From a virus: 64,000 nt of DNA. Every line of letters starts with the position of its first letter. Position 1 is the first letter of the stretch. Location: the IMG/VR virus record IMGVR_UViG_3300017969_000006, positions 1-64,000 of that record; one strand, given 5' to 3'. The position numbers and the translations under genes are program-made. This document shows positions 44,447 through 54,279 of this stretch, piece after piece. The notes beneath the pieces were generated by a model. The model made no database searches, had not been told where the DNA came from, and saw only the letters and a program-made list of their open reading frames with translations.

Positions 44447-44946
44447 ACAGCATCTACGGTCTCCCCATATCCAGCGGCCTCAAGGATAGCGAGTGCCGCA
44501 GCCTCTACGTGGGGATCAGTGTGGAAAAAAGCCATAACGGCGTCTGGTACAGGACGGGTACAGTCCGTAGATGCAAGTATATCAGCGGAGGCAAAGTTGA
44601 GTGGGAAGCCATTCTCATCGAATACTTCTTCCTCATCCATTTCAATGCCGATAGTCGTGTGCCCGACCACGTAAGCAGCAAACTTGGTTGGGTCCATTCC
44701 GTTACGAGTGTCCTCGCCAGCGTTGCGACGCCAAGCCTTCATCTGCTTCTGCGTGATGTTCGGACTGATCTTCAGGGCAACACCCGGACGATCAGGAACT
44801 TCCAAGATGACTTCAGGTCGCGTTACCTTCGCTGAAATCTTCTCTTTCAACCTGTCGAGAGGTGATTCAACCTTGCTTGAGCCAGCCGCCTTTGCCGGAG
44901 CCGGATCATCAGGGGTGTCGTTGTCAATATACAGTGAGTCGCTCAT
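44425..44946 (-). CDS. Tail assembly chaperone (G segment)
   Basis: Between tube and TMP; ends VDPTKDS. Confidence 0.75.
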   Translation of the reverse strand: MSDSLYIDNDTPDDPAPAKAAGSSKVESPLDRLKEKISAKVTRPEVILEVPDRPGVALKISPNITQKQMKAWRRNAGEDTRNGMDPTKFAAYVVGHTTIGIEMDEEEVFDENGFPLNFASADILASTDCTRPVPDAVMAFFHTDPHVEAAALAILEAAGYGETVDAVDPTKDS

Positions 44947-44995
44947 GGTTCGTCAACCTAGCACAGTCAGCGCGATTTTGGCGCAACAATGCAAC

Positions 44996-45024
44996 GCGGC
45001 CCACCCCATTTCGGGATGAGCCGC
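44996..45024 (-). terminator. Stem-loop after tail tube gene
   Basis: GCGGCTCATCCC-GAAAT-GGGGTGGGCCGC, 12-bp stem with G-U pairs, weak U tract. Confidence 0.6.
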
Positions 45025-45058
45025 AAAGCCGTAAAACCTAGGTTTTATCGAGTTTTTA

Positions 45059-45523
45059 TCAGGATGCAGAGTTCACATTCTGAATAGCAAACGTCAGAGC
45101 GAAAGTCGCCGGAGCGCCAGATGACGAGTCACCCTCAGGCTCCGTGATTCCGACAAGCAGAGCGTTCGAGTAGACGCGGTCGGTGCCGATCACCTCGATG
45201 TCGCAGTCGTACGTTTTCACGTTGACGTTGTAGTACGCCTGACCGACGAGCGGACGCAACTGGGCCAACTTGCGGGCAAGACCGGCGGCTCCGTCACTCT
45301 CGGTGTAGTCATCGTCGTAATGAGCGGTGAGCGTAATGTCACCAATCTCGAACGGCGCGCAAAGAACCGTAGGGAACTTCGCTCCACCTTCATAGATTTT
45401 CTCAACCGACGCCGTGATCTCACCGCCGGACACCTGAGCGAAACGAAAGCCCTCCCACTTGGGGTGGTTCGTATCAACTGGTGCGATATCGGCGAGGATC
45501 TGTCGCTGTGAAGTTTTGGCCAT
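45059..45523 (-). CDS. Tail tube protein
   Basis: 154 aa directly after sheath; FAQVSGGE, GDITLT, EPEGDSSS..ATF.LTF. Confidence 0.8.
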   Translation of the reverse strand: MAKTSQRQILADIAPVDTNHPKWEGFRFAQVSGGEITASVEKIYEGGAKFPTVLCAPFEIGDITLTAHYDDDYTESDGAAGLARKLAQLRPLVGQAYYNVNVKTYDCDIEVIGTDRVYSNALLVGITEPEGDSSSGAPATFALTFAIQNVNSAS

Positions 45524-45540
45524 CTGTCATTCTCCCTTGG

Positions 45541-47019
45541 TCAGACAACCGAGTTGGTCAGGTTGCTCTTAACGATGTCGACTTCGATCTTGTCGCCGAC
45601 ACTCGACACGCGGATACCGACCTTGGCCTTGATAAGACCATCAGCCAACTGGGTAACAGGGTTGAGCGACGTATCGCACTTAACCGTGTATCCATAGTCG
45701 ATCCGCTTGCCGTTTGCGTCGAACGCCTCATAAAGGGCGCCGGCGAGACGAAGAGGTTCAAGCACAGCGATGAGTTTCGCCTCAACGCTGGCAAAAATGT
45801 TGTTACGTCCGTCGATGACGCTGAAGAGAAGATCTTCAAGCGTGCGATTGGCCTCGACAACCACGTGGTTGACAAGATCCTGCGCCGTCATGTAACGGAA
45901 GTTGCTGGTGTCCGACGAGAGCGAACGAGCGCCATAGATGCGAATCGTGTTATTGATCGTGCGAATGGCGTTCACGTGTGCTTCGTCCAGTGCATCTCCC
46001 GCCGACTTGTCGAGAGCAAACTCGATTCCGTTGACGTAGCGTGCGTTCGAGATGATGCCTGCGCCGGGCTGCTGAGGTCCAACCTGATTGTGTGCGCGGG
46101 AGCGAACACCGGCAGCGTAGCCAAGCGGTGGAATCAGACGGTTGATGCCCGGAGTGGAAGTTGGAACATAAACCCACGGGTAAAACACCGCAGCATGCTC
46201 ACCATTAGCAGCACCGAGCGCTTCCGACCTGCCGTTAGCACCAGCAGTCACTGCGGTGGTACCAGCCGGATAGTGATGGATGCTCATACGGTTGTTGGTG
46301 TTCGCGTGGGCGATAAGCGCGTCACGGACGACAGCGGAAGTTGTCTCTGGGCACCCAACAACGCCAGTTCCAAAAGAATTGAGGAACAAGTCGAGAGCAG
46401 CCGAGTACTGGTTGTCACCGGGGGCTCCACCGTCGCTCACCACTGAATTGTCAGCGTTCGTGGTCGGGAACGCAGTTGAAGCAACTGGAGCGGGCATCAA
46501 CGTGCCGGTGATTTCCGCCGTCACATATCGAGAAGCAATAGCGCTCGTGTTGATGCGTCCGACCATCTGAGCAAGCGACAAACAGTCACCAGTGTTGTAC
46601 ACCATGGTGCCTTCCCAATAAAGGCGAAGAGCCGAACTGTTTGCAGCAACACCGATGACGACTTCGTAATTGAGATCGTCTACCCATGTTCCCGGACCGT
46701 TGGCGGTAAGTTGCAATGCCGAATCAGCGTTGACATCATCGAGTTCGATGTACGAAGTGACTGGGTTGGCGCCAGTGACTCGAGCGACGTAACACTGGGT
46801 GCCGCCCTCCTCGAAGAATGCTTTAACGGTGTCATGCAGGTAGCCGTTTGAGACGTATCCGCCGTAGAGGGCCTCGTACTCTTCCATGCTGTTGACTTTT
46901 GAGGCCTGATCGGCAGGACCACGCTCGGTGATACCTGCAAAAAAAGCCTGTGACGATTCGCGAGTGGTGTTCCCGGTAGGGCCACTTCGCACTGCTGTTG
47001 AAATTACGACTCCCGGCAT
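45541..47019 (-). CDS. Tail sheath protein
   Basis: MPGV.I, FFAGITERGP, AFFEEGG..CYVARV, FYPWV, PP.G..AG, VNAIR...IRIYGARSL. Confidence 0.95.
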   Translation of the reverse strand: MPGVVISTAVRSGPTGNTTRESSQAFFAGITERGPADQASKVNSMEEYEALYGGYVSNGYLHDTVKAFFEEGGTQCYVARVTGANPVTSYIELDDVNADSALQLTANGPGTWVDDLNYEVVIGVAANSSALRLYWEGTMVYNTGDCLSLAQMVGRINTSAIASRYVTAEITGTLMPAPVASTAFPTTNADNSVVSDGGAPGDNQYSAALDLFLNSFGTGVVGCPETTSAVVRDALIAHANTNNRMSIHHYPAGTTAVTAGANGRSEALGAANGEHAAVFYPWVYVPTSTPGINRLIPPLGYAAGVRSRAHNQVGPQQPGAGIISNARYVNGIEFALDKSAGDALDEAHVNAIRTINNTIRIYGARSLSSDTSNFRYMTAQDLVNHVVVEANRTLEDLLFSVIDGRNNIFASVEAKLIAVLEPLRLAGALYEAFDANGKRIDYGYTVKCDTSLNPVTQLADGLIKAKVGIRVSSVGDKIEVDIVKSNLTNSVV

Positions 47020-47119
47020 AGGATTCTTCCCTTTTCTTGCGTCGGACGGTCACTTGTAAGTGTAATCACAATTGTACAGAACACTTATTCGTTTCCTTGC
47101 AACTGCTTTGTATAGGATA

Positions 47120-47536
47120 TCAGACCTCATCTTCCGATGAGTTGACATTTTCGGGTTCTTCCACCTTCTCCTCGACTTCGGGCGCTGCCTCTTCAGCGGT
47201 CTCCTCTTTGGGAGATTCTGCTGATTCATCGGACACCACTTCCTCGACGGGATCAGTTTTGGTTTTGGAGGGAGATTTCTTTGGCTTTGAAGGAGCATCC
47301 ACACTGGTTTCGTCGATAGCGACGTCGCCGCGCTCAACAGCGGCCTTCAGGGTTGCGTCCTGCTTTTTAAGGCGACCCCAAGAACGTGCTGGCATGACCT
47401 GACCTTCATCGTTGATCATTACGCTGTAGGAGCGAAGGCTGTGGACACCAACTCCACCGTCCACTTTGGCCATCGCTGCTTCTGAGCGTGTGCAAACTTC
47501 GAAATGATTTCCAGACATGTGTAGAGTATACCTCAC
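47120..47536 (-). CDS. Hypothetical protein with acidic low-complexity tail
   Basis: Glu/Pro-rich C-terminus. Confidence 0.55.
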   Translation of the reverse strand: MRYTLHMSGNHFEVCTRSEAAMAKVDGGVGVHSLRSYSVMINDEGQVMPARSWGRLKKQDATLKAAVERGDVAIDETSVDAPSKPKKSPSKTKTDPVEEVVSDESAESPKEETAEEAAPEVEEKVEEPENVNSSEDEV

Positions 47537-47796
47537 TTACCTTTTAGAAGACGTCCAGTTTTACCGAACGACGCCAATGTTTTCAAGAACTTTTTTTCCA
47601 GACCGTCTACGATTCTCGGGTTATCTTTTGACACGAGCCAGATTTCGTGTCGTTTCGTTTTGCATGAATGGTCACAGATTTCAAAGTTGTCTATACCGCT
47701 GCAAGCGACGACAACTTTGTCCTTTGTGTCATAGCCAAACGCATAAACATCAGACACGCCGTTATTCAATTTAATACAACAACCACAATTACTCAT
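47533..47796 (-). CDS. Hypothetical protein
   Basis: ATGA coupling with upstream gene. Confidence 0.5.
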   Translation of the reverse strand: MSNCGCCIKLNNGVSDVYAFGYDTKDKVVVACSGIDNFEICDHSCKTKRHEIWLVSKDNPRIVDGLEKKFLKTLASFGKTGRLLKGK

Positions 47797-48401
47797 AACT
47801 CAATGCTTTCCGTAGATCCCATTCCTCTAATAACCGTTTCGATATCGAACTCACCGACCTCACCCAAAGGCTCGCGCATCACAATCTCATTAATTGACAA
47901 GTCGTAACCCAAATACGAGCCAGCAAGCATTCGATCACCCTTCAATACAGTGAGGTCCGAGAACTGCTCCTGAATTGTTCCCTCATCAACGAGAACTTGG
48001 AAAGTTTCCCGAGGATCGGTTGCCCTCAAACATGGGCGGTCAAGCAACGCTGAACGCACGACCGTAGTCAGACGGTCTCTCATGGTCGTGGCCTCTTCAG
48101 ACCCAGCATCACGTACCCAAATGTATGTTCGCATCTGATACGTGACCCGATACTCGGGATGACTCCGATCAAAACCAATTCGCTCAAAGTTCGATGTCGA
48201 GATAGCCACCGTAATCAGGGTCGGCCACGAATCCAAAGCAATTGGTTCGTAAGTCAAATACTTGCGGGGATCAGGCAGTAGATAGTCATCTAAATTCCAT
48301 CCGTTACGATACGAAACCAATCGAGTCGGAAGATCGAACTTGAGATACTCGTTTACATACTGTTTGGCGAAATGTGCGCCATGCATCAAATCAATTGCCA
48401 T
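47793..48401 (-). CDS. Putative tail terminator/neck protein
   Basis: Position between morphogenesis gene and sheath. Confidence 0.5.
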   Translation of the reverse strand: MAIDLMHGAHFAKQYVNEYLKFDLPTRLVSYRNGWNLDDYLLPDPRKYLTYEPIALDSWPTLITVAISTSNFERIGFDRSHPEYRVTYQMRTYIWVRDAGSEEATTMRDRLTTVVRSALLDRPCLRATDPRETFQVLVDEGTIQEQFSDLTVLKGDRMLAGSYLGYDLSINEIVMREPLGEVGEFDIETVIRGMGSTESIEL

Positions 48402-48407
48402 AAACCA

Positions 48408-48869
48408 TCACCCGTCCACGTCGCCGTCTTTAATGTATTTAGCGGTTTTCTCTGCCCACTCGCGAGAGAAATTCATCGGCTCATACACAACTTCACGTTT
48501 CGGCATCTTCGTAGTGCCGTACTGATGGAATTTAGCATACTTAATACCATTACCAAAAGTAGCCTCTTTATCTCGAATCTCACTATCTGTACCACGCAGT
48601 TCACTGAGGCTTCGAAACAAGCGTCCACTCTGAACCATGGGCGGAGCACCGGGAAAATGAACAGATTTCCAAGATGCATACTCTGCATCGAGAGGCCGCC
48701 AACCGCCAGCAGCCAAGCCGTTGTCAAGGAAGTTTTGACGCCAGTCTCGCTGAAGTTGACGCCTCATGGCACGAAACACCGGTTTGAAATTATCTGCGCG
48801 ATGCATCATCCCGCGAAGGTCAGAACGAGTGCCGTCGTCCTCCCACTCAACATCAAAAAGAAGTGCCAC
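48408..48869 (-). CDS. Virion morphogenesis protein (Mu gpG/P2 gpS-like)
   Basis: WRPL, MVQSGRLFRSL, YAKFHQYGT.KMPKR. Confidence 0.85.
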   Translation of the reverse strand: MALLFDVEWEDDGTRSDLRGMMHRADNFKPVFRAMRRQLQRDWRQNFLDNGLAAGGWRPLDAEYASWKSVHFPGAPPMVQSGRLFRSLSELRGTDSEIRDKEATFGNGIKYAKFHQYGTTKMPKREVVYEPMNFSREWAEKTAKYIKDGDVDG

Positions 48870-48871
48870 GG

Positions 48872-49498
48872 CTATGACACCTGAACGCGTCGATACCTCT
48901 TGACCGCCATCAATTCTTTTTCAAGAAAACCGGTTTCCATCGGCGCAACATTTCGTGGTTCCAAATCCTTGACACCGACAACGTCGTCATGCATGTTTTG
49001 CATTTCACGAGTGGCAGCACGCAAAATCATCAACTTGAACATTTTGATGTCGTTGCCCGCCAAACCAGCGTCGTATGTGACTTCAACAATGTCATCCGCC
49101 CAACCACGGAAAAGATCCATCCCGTATCTGCGAACAACAAAATCACGATCCTCAGTCAAAGTTTCCCATTCCTGAAAACGTGGCTTCAACCTGACCTGAG
49201 AAACGGAGACAACCGGTGAATTGCGCAAATAAATCGTTGCAGGTGGCTGGGCATAAGTGATCGGATTCATCGTTGTATCTAGTGATGTGTTGTAGAAAAA
49301 CGACGACATCGGAACGCCAACATGGTTTGCTGGAAGTTTGTATTCCTCGGTAAAAGTTCCAACCTCGATAGGTCGATTTAAGTACGCCTCGAGTTCGCTT
49401 TGCAATCCACCAAGCACCATTTCAGCGGCGTCCTCTTGACGCAGCGAAAAGGATATATCCATGTAATTTTTGAGATCAGCGATAGAAACAAGCACCAA
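48872..49498 (-). CDS. Head-tail connector (gp6-like)
   Basis: LVSIADLKNYM, EAYLNR, PVVSVS, VEVTYDAG, ends YRR; start reassigned to TTG. Confidence 0.75.
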   Translation of the reverse strand: MVLVSIADLKNYMDISFSLRQEDAAEMVLGGLQSELEAYLNRPIEVGTFTEEYKLPANHVGVPMSSFFYNTSLDTTMNPITYAQPPATIYLRNSPVVSVSQVRLKPRFQEWETLTEDRDFVVRRYGMDLFRGWADDIVEVTYDAGLAGNDIKMFKLMILRAATREMQNMHDDVVGVKDLEPRNVAPMETGFLEKELMAVKRYRRVQVS

Positions 49499-49511
49499 GG
49501 CCCCCTTCGAA

Positions 49512-49679
49512 TTAGCCTCGGCGACGACGGCCGCGTTCGCGAATAATGTCACGAATCGTTTCGTCACGACGCCTGCGACCAACAAGACGACCGACGCCCT
49601 GCGCACCAGATCTAATCAAACGACGAAGAGTGCCCGGCCTACGGACGGTCTCATCTCCTGTTCTACCGGGTACAGCCAT
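49512..49679 (-). CDS. Small Arg-rich basic protein
   Basis: AGGAG RBS; MAVPGRTGDETVRRPGTLRRLIR...GRRRRDE...RGRRRRG. Confidence 0.6.
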   Translation of the reverse strand: MAVPGRTGDETVRRPGTLRRLIRSGAQGVGRLVGRRRRDETIRDIIRERGRRRRG

Positions 49680-49743
49680 GTCAATCTCCTTAAGGTGATG
49701 ACATAAGTGTAGCACCAGAACACGTGCGTTTTTAAGAAAAATA

Positions 49744-50292
49744 CTAGCGATCTGGGCCCGGAGGTGGTTCAACTAGAGCGCCACCGGCGTCAACTGTTCC
49801 CGCAGGAGCCTCAACCGGAACCCACGCACGAGAATACTGATGGTTTTTTACGTTTCGGCTTTTCAGAATCGTTCCATCTAGCATCAACTCGAGTTCATCG
49901 CCGCGCATCGACCACTGGCGATTGAAATCTTCTGCCTTAAACACACCAGAGCGTTTCAGGGTGCGGACAATGTTTGACAACTTTTTAGCAACGATGCTTC
50001 CACGGCCTCGATTGAGTTGAATATGAAGCGCCATTGCCTCAACCTCAGATATGTCTAAAGAACGCACGGGAACAACGTCAAACTTCTCTCGCAGGTGTTT
50101 ATTCCCTTGAATCAACATGACCCTCTGAGACCCATCAATGATTTGTTTCGTTGAAGAACGAATAACTATTGGAGTTAGCAGTCCGTAATCTCCAAGCGAG
50201 GAGGCCAAGGTCAGCAGATCCGGCCGAAGAATATGGGTGGCGTTCCATGTTGGAACAACAAGTTCATCAATTTCCATGTACTCAAGCATCAT
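49744..50292 (-). CDS. ParB/Srx-like protein (IbrB-like)
   Basis: WNA, G.LTPIV, IIDGSQR, LNRGRG, YSRAWVP. Confidence 0.8.
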   Translation of the reverse strand: MMLEYMEIDELVVPTWNATHILRPDLLTLASSLGDYGLLTPIVIRSSTKQIIDGSQRVMLIQGNKHLREKFDVVPVRSLDISEVEAMALHIQLNRGRGSIVAKKLSNIVRTLKRSGVFKAEDFNRQWSMRGDELELMLDGTILKSRNVKNHQYSRAWVPVEAPAGTVDAGGALVEPPPGPDR

Positions 50293-51424
50293 TATCCTCG
50301 CTCAACTTTTCCAGTGCTTTACGGCGAAGAGTATCCGCCCTTGTTTTTGGCCCAACAGGTGACGCCGCCAACGTGGTCAACTCGTTCAACAGCAAGTTGC
50401 GAATCAGCCAGTTCAGTGGATATGAATACGGATCGGCAGCGTGCTTCTTCCTGAATTCAGCAACGAAGGCTCTCGCCCTAGTTTGCTTCGTCGGGCCTAT
50501 CATGAAAGTGCCCACTACGTCTTTGACGCCGTCCCAACCACGAGACGCAAACTTTTCAATGACCTGTTCGATGTCATACTCTGGCCACCATCTACGTTGA
50601 GCATCGATGTATGGGAAGCATTCGTAGAGCCTGTCGTAGAACTCCGGTTCTGTCGCAACAAGATCCCCAATACGTCGAATGGCAACGGAGTGTAAGGGAA
50701 TACCAACCCGCGTGTTTGATCCTGTAAGTGCGGCAAGATCATAATATTCGCAATACGGTGCACCATGTTCCTCAGAGATGAATTTGAATACATCATCGGT
50801 ATTCCAGTCATAGATGACCTTCGCGAATTTAAGTGGAACACCGCTCTTCAGTCGGTACGGCTTCACAATGTAGTTCTCGTGGAGTTTCTGAACACATGAC
50901 CTGTAACGAATCATGGATTCCGATGCTCGAACACCGGTAATAAAAGCGGTCGAACCCTTTTTCCCCTGCATGGTGTAATAGTCAACAGATTCCGGAAGGC
51001 TTTTGCTGTGATCTAGGCCAAACGAGTAACCGGTAATCGCATCATCCGGCATCTCGCGAACAAGACGACCCTCTGAGCGTCGTTGATCACCCCACAAAAT
51101 GACAGACTGCCGGCGACCCAAAACCCAAACCTCAGCACCATAAGGCAGGCAATACCACTCCATGTCGACCCAGTCAAAATTCTTGACCATGTTGACATAG
51201 TCAATGACTACGGGTGAGACCATTTCCTCGTCACGAAAAATAACTTTCACAGGGCCGAGGCCACGCTCTTCGTGAATTTCTTTGGCCAAATACAAGACTG
51301 CTGTTGAGTCTTTTCCCCCAGAAAATTGGACGCAAACGGTATCGAACGAATCATAGATATGGCGAATTCGTTCACGCGCAGCATCGACAACGCTGATGTC
51401 TAGAAACATCCTCTGACGTGTCAC
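50282..51424 (-). CDS. PAPS-reductase/PP-loop family protein (IbrA-like)
   Basis: AARERI, FSGGKDS, GVRASES..R, IYDWNTDDV; GTGA coupling gives start 51424. Confidence 0.85.
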   Translation of the reverse strand: MTRQRMFLDISVVDAARERIRHIYDSFDTVCVQFSGGKDSTAVLYLAKEIHEERGLGPVKVIFRDEEMVSPVVIDYVNMVKNFDWVDMEWYCLPYGAEVWVLGRRQSVILWGDQRRSEGRLVREMPDDAITGYSFGLDHSKSLPESVDYYTMQGKKGSTAFITGVRASESMIRYRSCVQKLHENYIVKPYRLKSGVPLKFAKVIYDWNTDDVFKFISEEHGAPYCEYYDLAALTGSNTRVGIPLHSVAIRRIGDLVATEPEFYDRLYECFPYIDAQRRWWPEYDIEQVIEKFASRGWDGVKDVVGTFMIGPTKQTRARAFVAEFRKKHAADPYSYPLNWLIRNLLLNELTTLAASPVGPKTRADTLRRKALEKLSEDNDA

Positions 51425-52035
51425 AACTTGCCTCGCTTGATCTTGCCTCGCTTGATGTCGTATGCGAGTTTGGTTTGAGTTGGCTTGGTAAACGGCGCAG
51501 GGTGCCTGAAAATACCAAGGTACAGGGCTTCCCATCGTTCCTGTGTTTCAATTCGAATCCAGTTCCCCCTAATCAGAGGTGAGGGATAAGGTGCTCGCCC
51601 AAGCATCTCGTTGATCTCAACAACTGTGTATCCCTTGTCGCGGATTCGCTGTGCGATTTTTTTGCTGTAAGAGGAACGCACCAGTTGCTTGGGGCCGAAA
51701 TTGTCTGGTCGAACCCGCAAGATCTTGCTTTCCGTTTCTCGCCAAACCATCTTGGATTTCCCGGAACGGATTTTTTTGAGCGTTGCTTCATGTATGCCTG
51801 ACCGTATTGCAACAGCGTTGATGCTAACCCCATGTTCCTTCAGGTAAAGCAAATGTCGTTGAGCAACGCCCGGATCAACCGAACGACTCGGCGGCTCAGG
51901 CCCAATCCCCTGCTTGAATCGTCGATGCAGACGCATACGCTCACGATTGTAGGTTCTGTGTGCGATTACGCATGCCTCACACTTGCAACCCCTTGAATAC
52001 CCGGCGTGCTCTCCGTGGCGTATCGGTTTGCTCAT
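51421..52035 (-). CDS. Zinc-finger plus HTH DNA-binding protein
   Basis: HG..GY.RGCKCEAC; GVSINAVAIRSGIHEATL..I. Confidence 0.7.
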   Translation of the reverse strand: MSKPIRHGEHAGYSRGCKCEACVIAHRTYNRERMRLHRRFKQGIGPEPPSRSVDPGVAQRHLLYLKEHGVSINAVAIRSGIHEATLKKIRSGKSKMVWRETESKILRVRPDNFGPKQLVRSSYSKKIAQRIRDKGYTVVEINEMLGRAPYPSPLIRGNWIRIETQERWEALYLGIFRHPAPFTKPTQTKLAYDIKRGKIKRGKL

Positions 52036-52700
52036 GGGGAAACTCTACCGTGGGCCTCCCAAGCGTCAAACGTCACCGGCATTTTTTCTTTGAATGAATA
52101 CTCAATCGCGCCGGCATAATCCCGGATTTCCCTTTGAGCGGTAGAATCCGTACGCAAAGAGAGGAAGTTCATAAGCGCCCTAGCGTTTACAGTCCAGTAA
52201 AACTCCGTGAATGTTGACACCGGGAGTACCGTTCTGGCAATTTCCTTCGCAACTCCCCGCTCAAGCAAATAGTTGTATGTTCTAAACGCCGCCTGATTCG
52301 ACTGATTGATCACCTCGGAGACCTGCTCAGCCAACTCGTCATCAAGAGGTTCAAAAGTATAACTCCCCGGTTTACCCGTCTGCTTTCGACAATATTCTCC
52401 GACAGGCACATACCCAGCATTGTCCAAGCGGGTATACCGACCAGAAATTTCATTGAACGAACCAATGCGGTGCCGGAACCATTCGCGGGCGACAAAAATT
52501 GGACACTTGACGTGGAACCGAAATGAGTTGTGCTCGAAAGGCGTCCCATGACGCTCCCTCATCAGAAAATTAATGAGCCCCTCATCAGCATCACCCATGA
52601 CCTCTCGCCTATCCCCAAAAGAAACTCTGGCGGCATTGACAACAGACAGATCATCAGCCATCGAATCGTCAAGTCGAACAAAACCATGTTCATGAATCAT
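52032..52700 (-). CDS. thyX: Flavin-dependent thymidylate synthase
   Basis: VNAARVS, HGTPFEH, RHRIGSFNEISGRY, AR.VLP, AQREIR. Confidence 0.97.
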   Translation of the reverse strand: MIHEHGFVRLDDSMADDLSVVNAARVSFGDRREVMGDADEGLINFLMRERHGTPFEHNSFRFHVKCPIFVAREWFRHRIGSFNEISGRYTRLDNAGYVPVGEYCRKQTGKPGSYTFEPLDDELAEQVSEVINQSNQAAFRTYNYLLERGVAKEIARTVLPVSTFTEFYWTVNARALMNFLSLRTDSTAQREIRDYAGAIEYSFKEKMPVTFDAWEAHGRVSP

Positions 52701-52701
52701 C

Positions 52702-53484
52702 TTAGACCTCCGAATGCGCGTCGATAAAGGACATAATTTTCTCTGCCGTTGTAGACCCGTCGTAGCCGGGGTCATTCCGCAACCACCGAATAAAGTCATA
52801 CCATCGACGTTGCTGCTCCGGATCGTCGAATACCAAGGTGTATTGAACGACAGCCTGAGGCGCAGAACCCGGTGACGCTACGGTCGAACCCTGAATTGCA
52901 ACTTGCTTATGATCGACGTCACCACCGGCCACAATTTGACGCTCGCCGTCAGCGTTCTCTTCGACAATAGGATTGTAAGTTGGCTTTGTGTCAACTATGA
53001 CTGGCGGAACATAAGACGAAGAACCGACCGTCGGATCGTTGGCGTTAAATGATGCTTCCTCGTATGCGGCGATTTCAAACTCGTCCCATCCAAGTCCATC
53101 GAAAAGGTCCTGATAGTTGTTCTCTGCCATCATTTCCATGAGTTCAAAAACCGCAGCGTTATCGCTTTGGCCTAGTTCAACAGTTCGGTTGTCAGCAAGA
53201 GCGAAGGCAATTGCTTTATCCATGTCACCATCCATGCGCACTGCCGCAACCTGAGTCCATCCCAGTCGTCGTGCTGCTTCAACTTGGTGATTCCCAGCGA
53301 TTACCGTGAATGTTCCATCATCACCATTTGGAGTGATGACAATTGGACGCACTTGTCCGAATTCACGATACGACGCCATGATTGCCTCAACGTTACCTTT
53401 TCGAGGATTACTAGGCAGTGGCGTCAAAACGCTGAGGTCGATAGCAAGATCGGCAATTGCTTTATCAATATTGTTACTCACCAC
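52702..53484 (-). CDS. ParB N-terminal domain protein
   Basis: NPRKGNV..I..S..EFGQ.RPIV, VIAGNH...AA..LGW, LADNRT. Confidence 0.85.
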   Translation of the reverse strand: MVSNNIDKAIADLAIDLSVLTPLPSNPRKGNVEAIMASYREFGQVRPIVITPNGDDGTFTVIAGNHQVEAARRLGWTQVAAVRMDGDMDKAIAFALADNRTVELGQSDNAAVFELMEMMAENNYQDLFDGLGWDEFEIAAYEEASFNANDPTVGSSSYVPPVIVDTKPTYNPIVEENADGERQIVAGGDVDHKQVAIQGSTVASPGSAPQAVVQYTLVFDDPEQQRRWYDFIRWLRNDPGYDGSTTAEKIMSFIDAHSEV

Positions 53485-53935
53485 TAATCACCTCAATAAC
53501 ATCGATGTGAGCATTTTCCATGAACAAACGCACTCTAGCCCAATCTTCATACGCTGAATCGGAATAACAAACCACCCTGACAATTCCACTGGAGGCAATT
53601 TGTTTGGCGCACCCGTAACAGGGTGGTCCGTTTACAATCAGGGTGCCACCAATCCTTTGACTGGGGTCAGACCACAACAGCGCATTTGCTTCGGCATGTT
53701 GAGCGATGCAGTTGTCGTAAACCGCGCCATTGGCCGATCCCTCCGTATAGCGTGGACAATGACCGTCGACACAATGACCAATTCCCGGCGGGGAGCCGTT
53801 ATAACCCACTCCAGCGACACGGCCATTGGGCATTAGAACAACAGCGAAATACTGACGTTTAGCGCAAGTGGAAAACCTGCCGGCCAGATCAACGCACGAC
53901 TCAAGCCAGTTCTTCTCGCGCCTTGATATTGTCAC
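53474..53935 (-). CDS. dCMP deaminase
   Basis: STC.KRQ, GYNGSP, HAEANA, PCYGCAK. Confidence 0.92.
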   Translation of the reverse strand: MTISRREKNWLESCVDLAGRFSTCAKRQYFAVVLMPNGRVAGVGYNGSPPGIGHCVDGHCPRYTEGSANGAVYDNCIAQHAEANALLWSDPSQRIGGTLIVNGPPCYGCAKQIASSGIVRVVCYSDSAYEDWARVRLFMENAHIDVIEVISGE

Positions 53936-54279
53936 GGCCCAACCTGAACACGCACATTTGCATTCAGTGTCCGCATGGCATCAATTGACGTTCTAAGTGA
54001 CAACAACTTTTCCCGCTTCGATTTCACAAGCGCTTCAGCAATCTTGAAATCGTATTGCTCATCCGCCATCTTGTAATCAGCCCAAGACTCACGTTCCTTA
54101 ATTGAGCCCTTAGCGCTGAGATATTCTTTAGCCCAATTTGATTTATATAAGGCTTCTTTCTTCGCCGAATCTTCCGCTAATACTTCGAAGGCCTCCGTCT
54201 CATCTTCGAGATCAGCGATCAAACGAAGCAACTCGTCTTCGATTTCAACCTGACTAATAGGGCTGTTTCTACGGTTCAT
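53932..54279 (-). CDS. Helical hypothetical protein (possibly UvsY-like)
   Basis: Coiled-coil; in recombination block. Confidence 0.45.
   Translation of the reverse strand: MNRRNSPISQVEIEDELLRLIADLEDETEAFEVLAEDSAKKEALYKSNWAKEYLSAKGSIKERESWADYKMADEQYDFKIAEALVKSKREKLLSLRTSIDAMRTLNANVRVQVGP

Noticed and set aside
45481-46446. Long antisense ORFs opposite sheath, TMP and fibre genes
   Set aside because: Shadow frames of well-supported genes, with no motifs or RBS.
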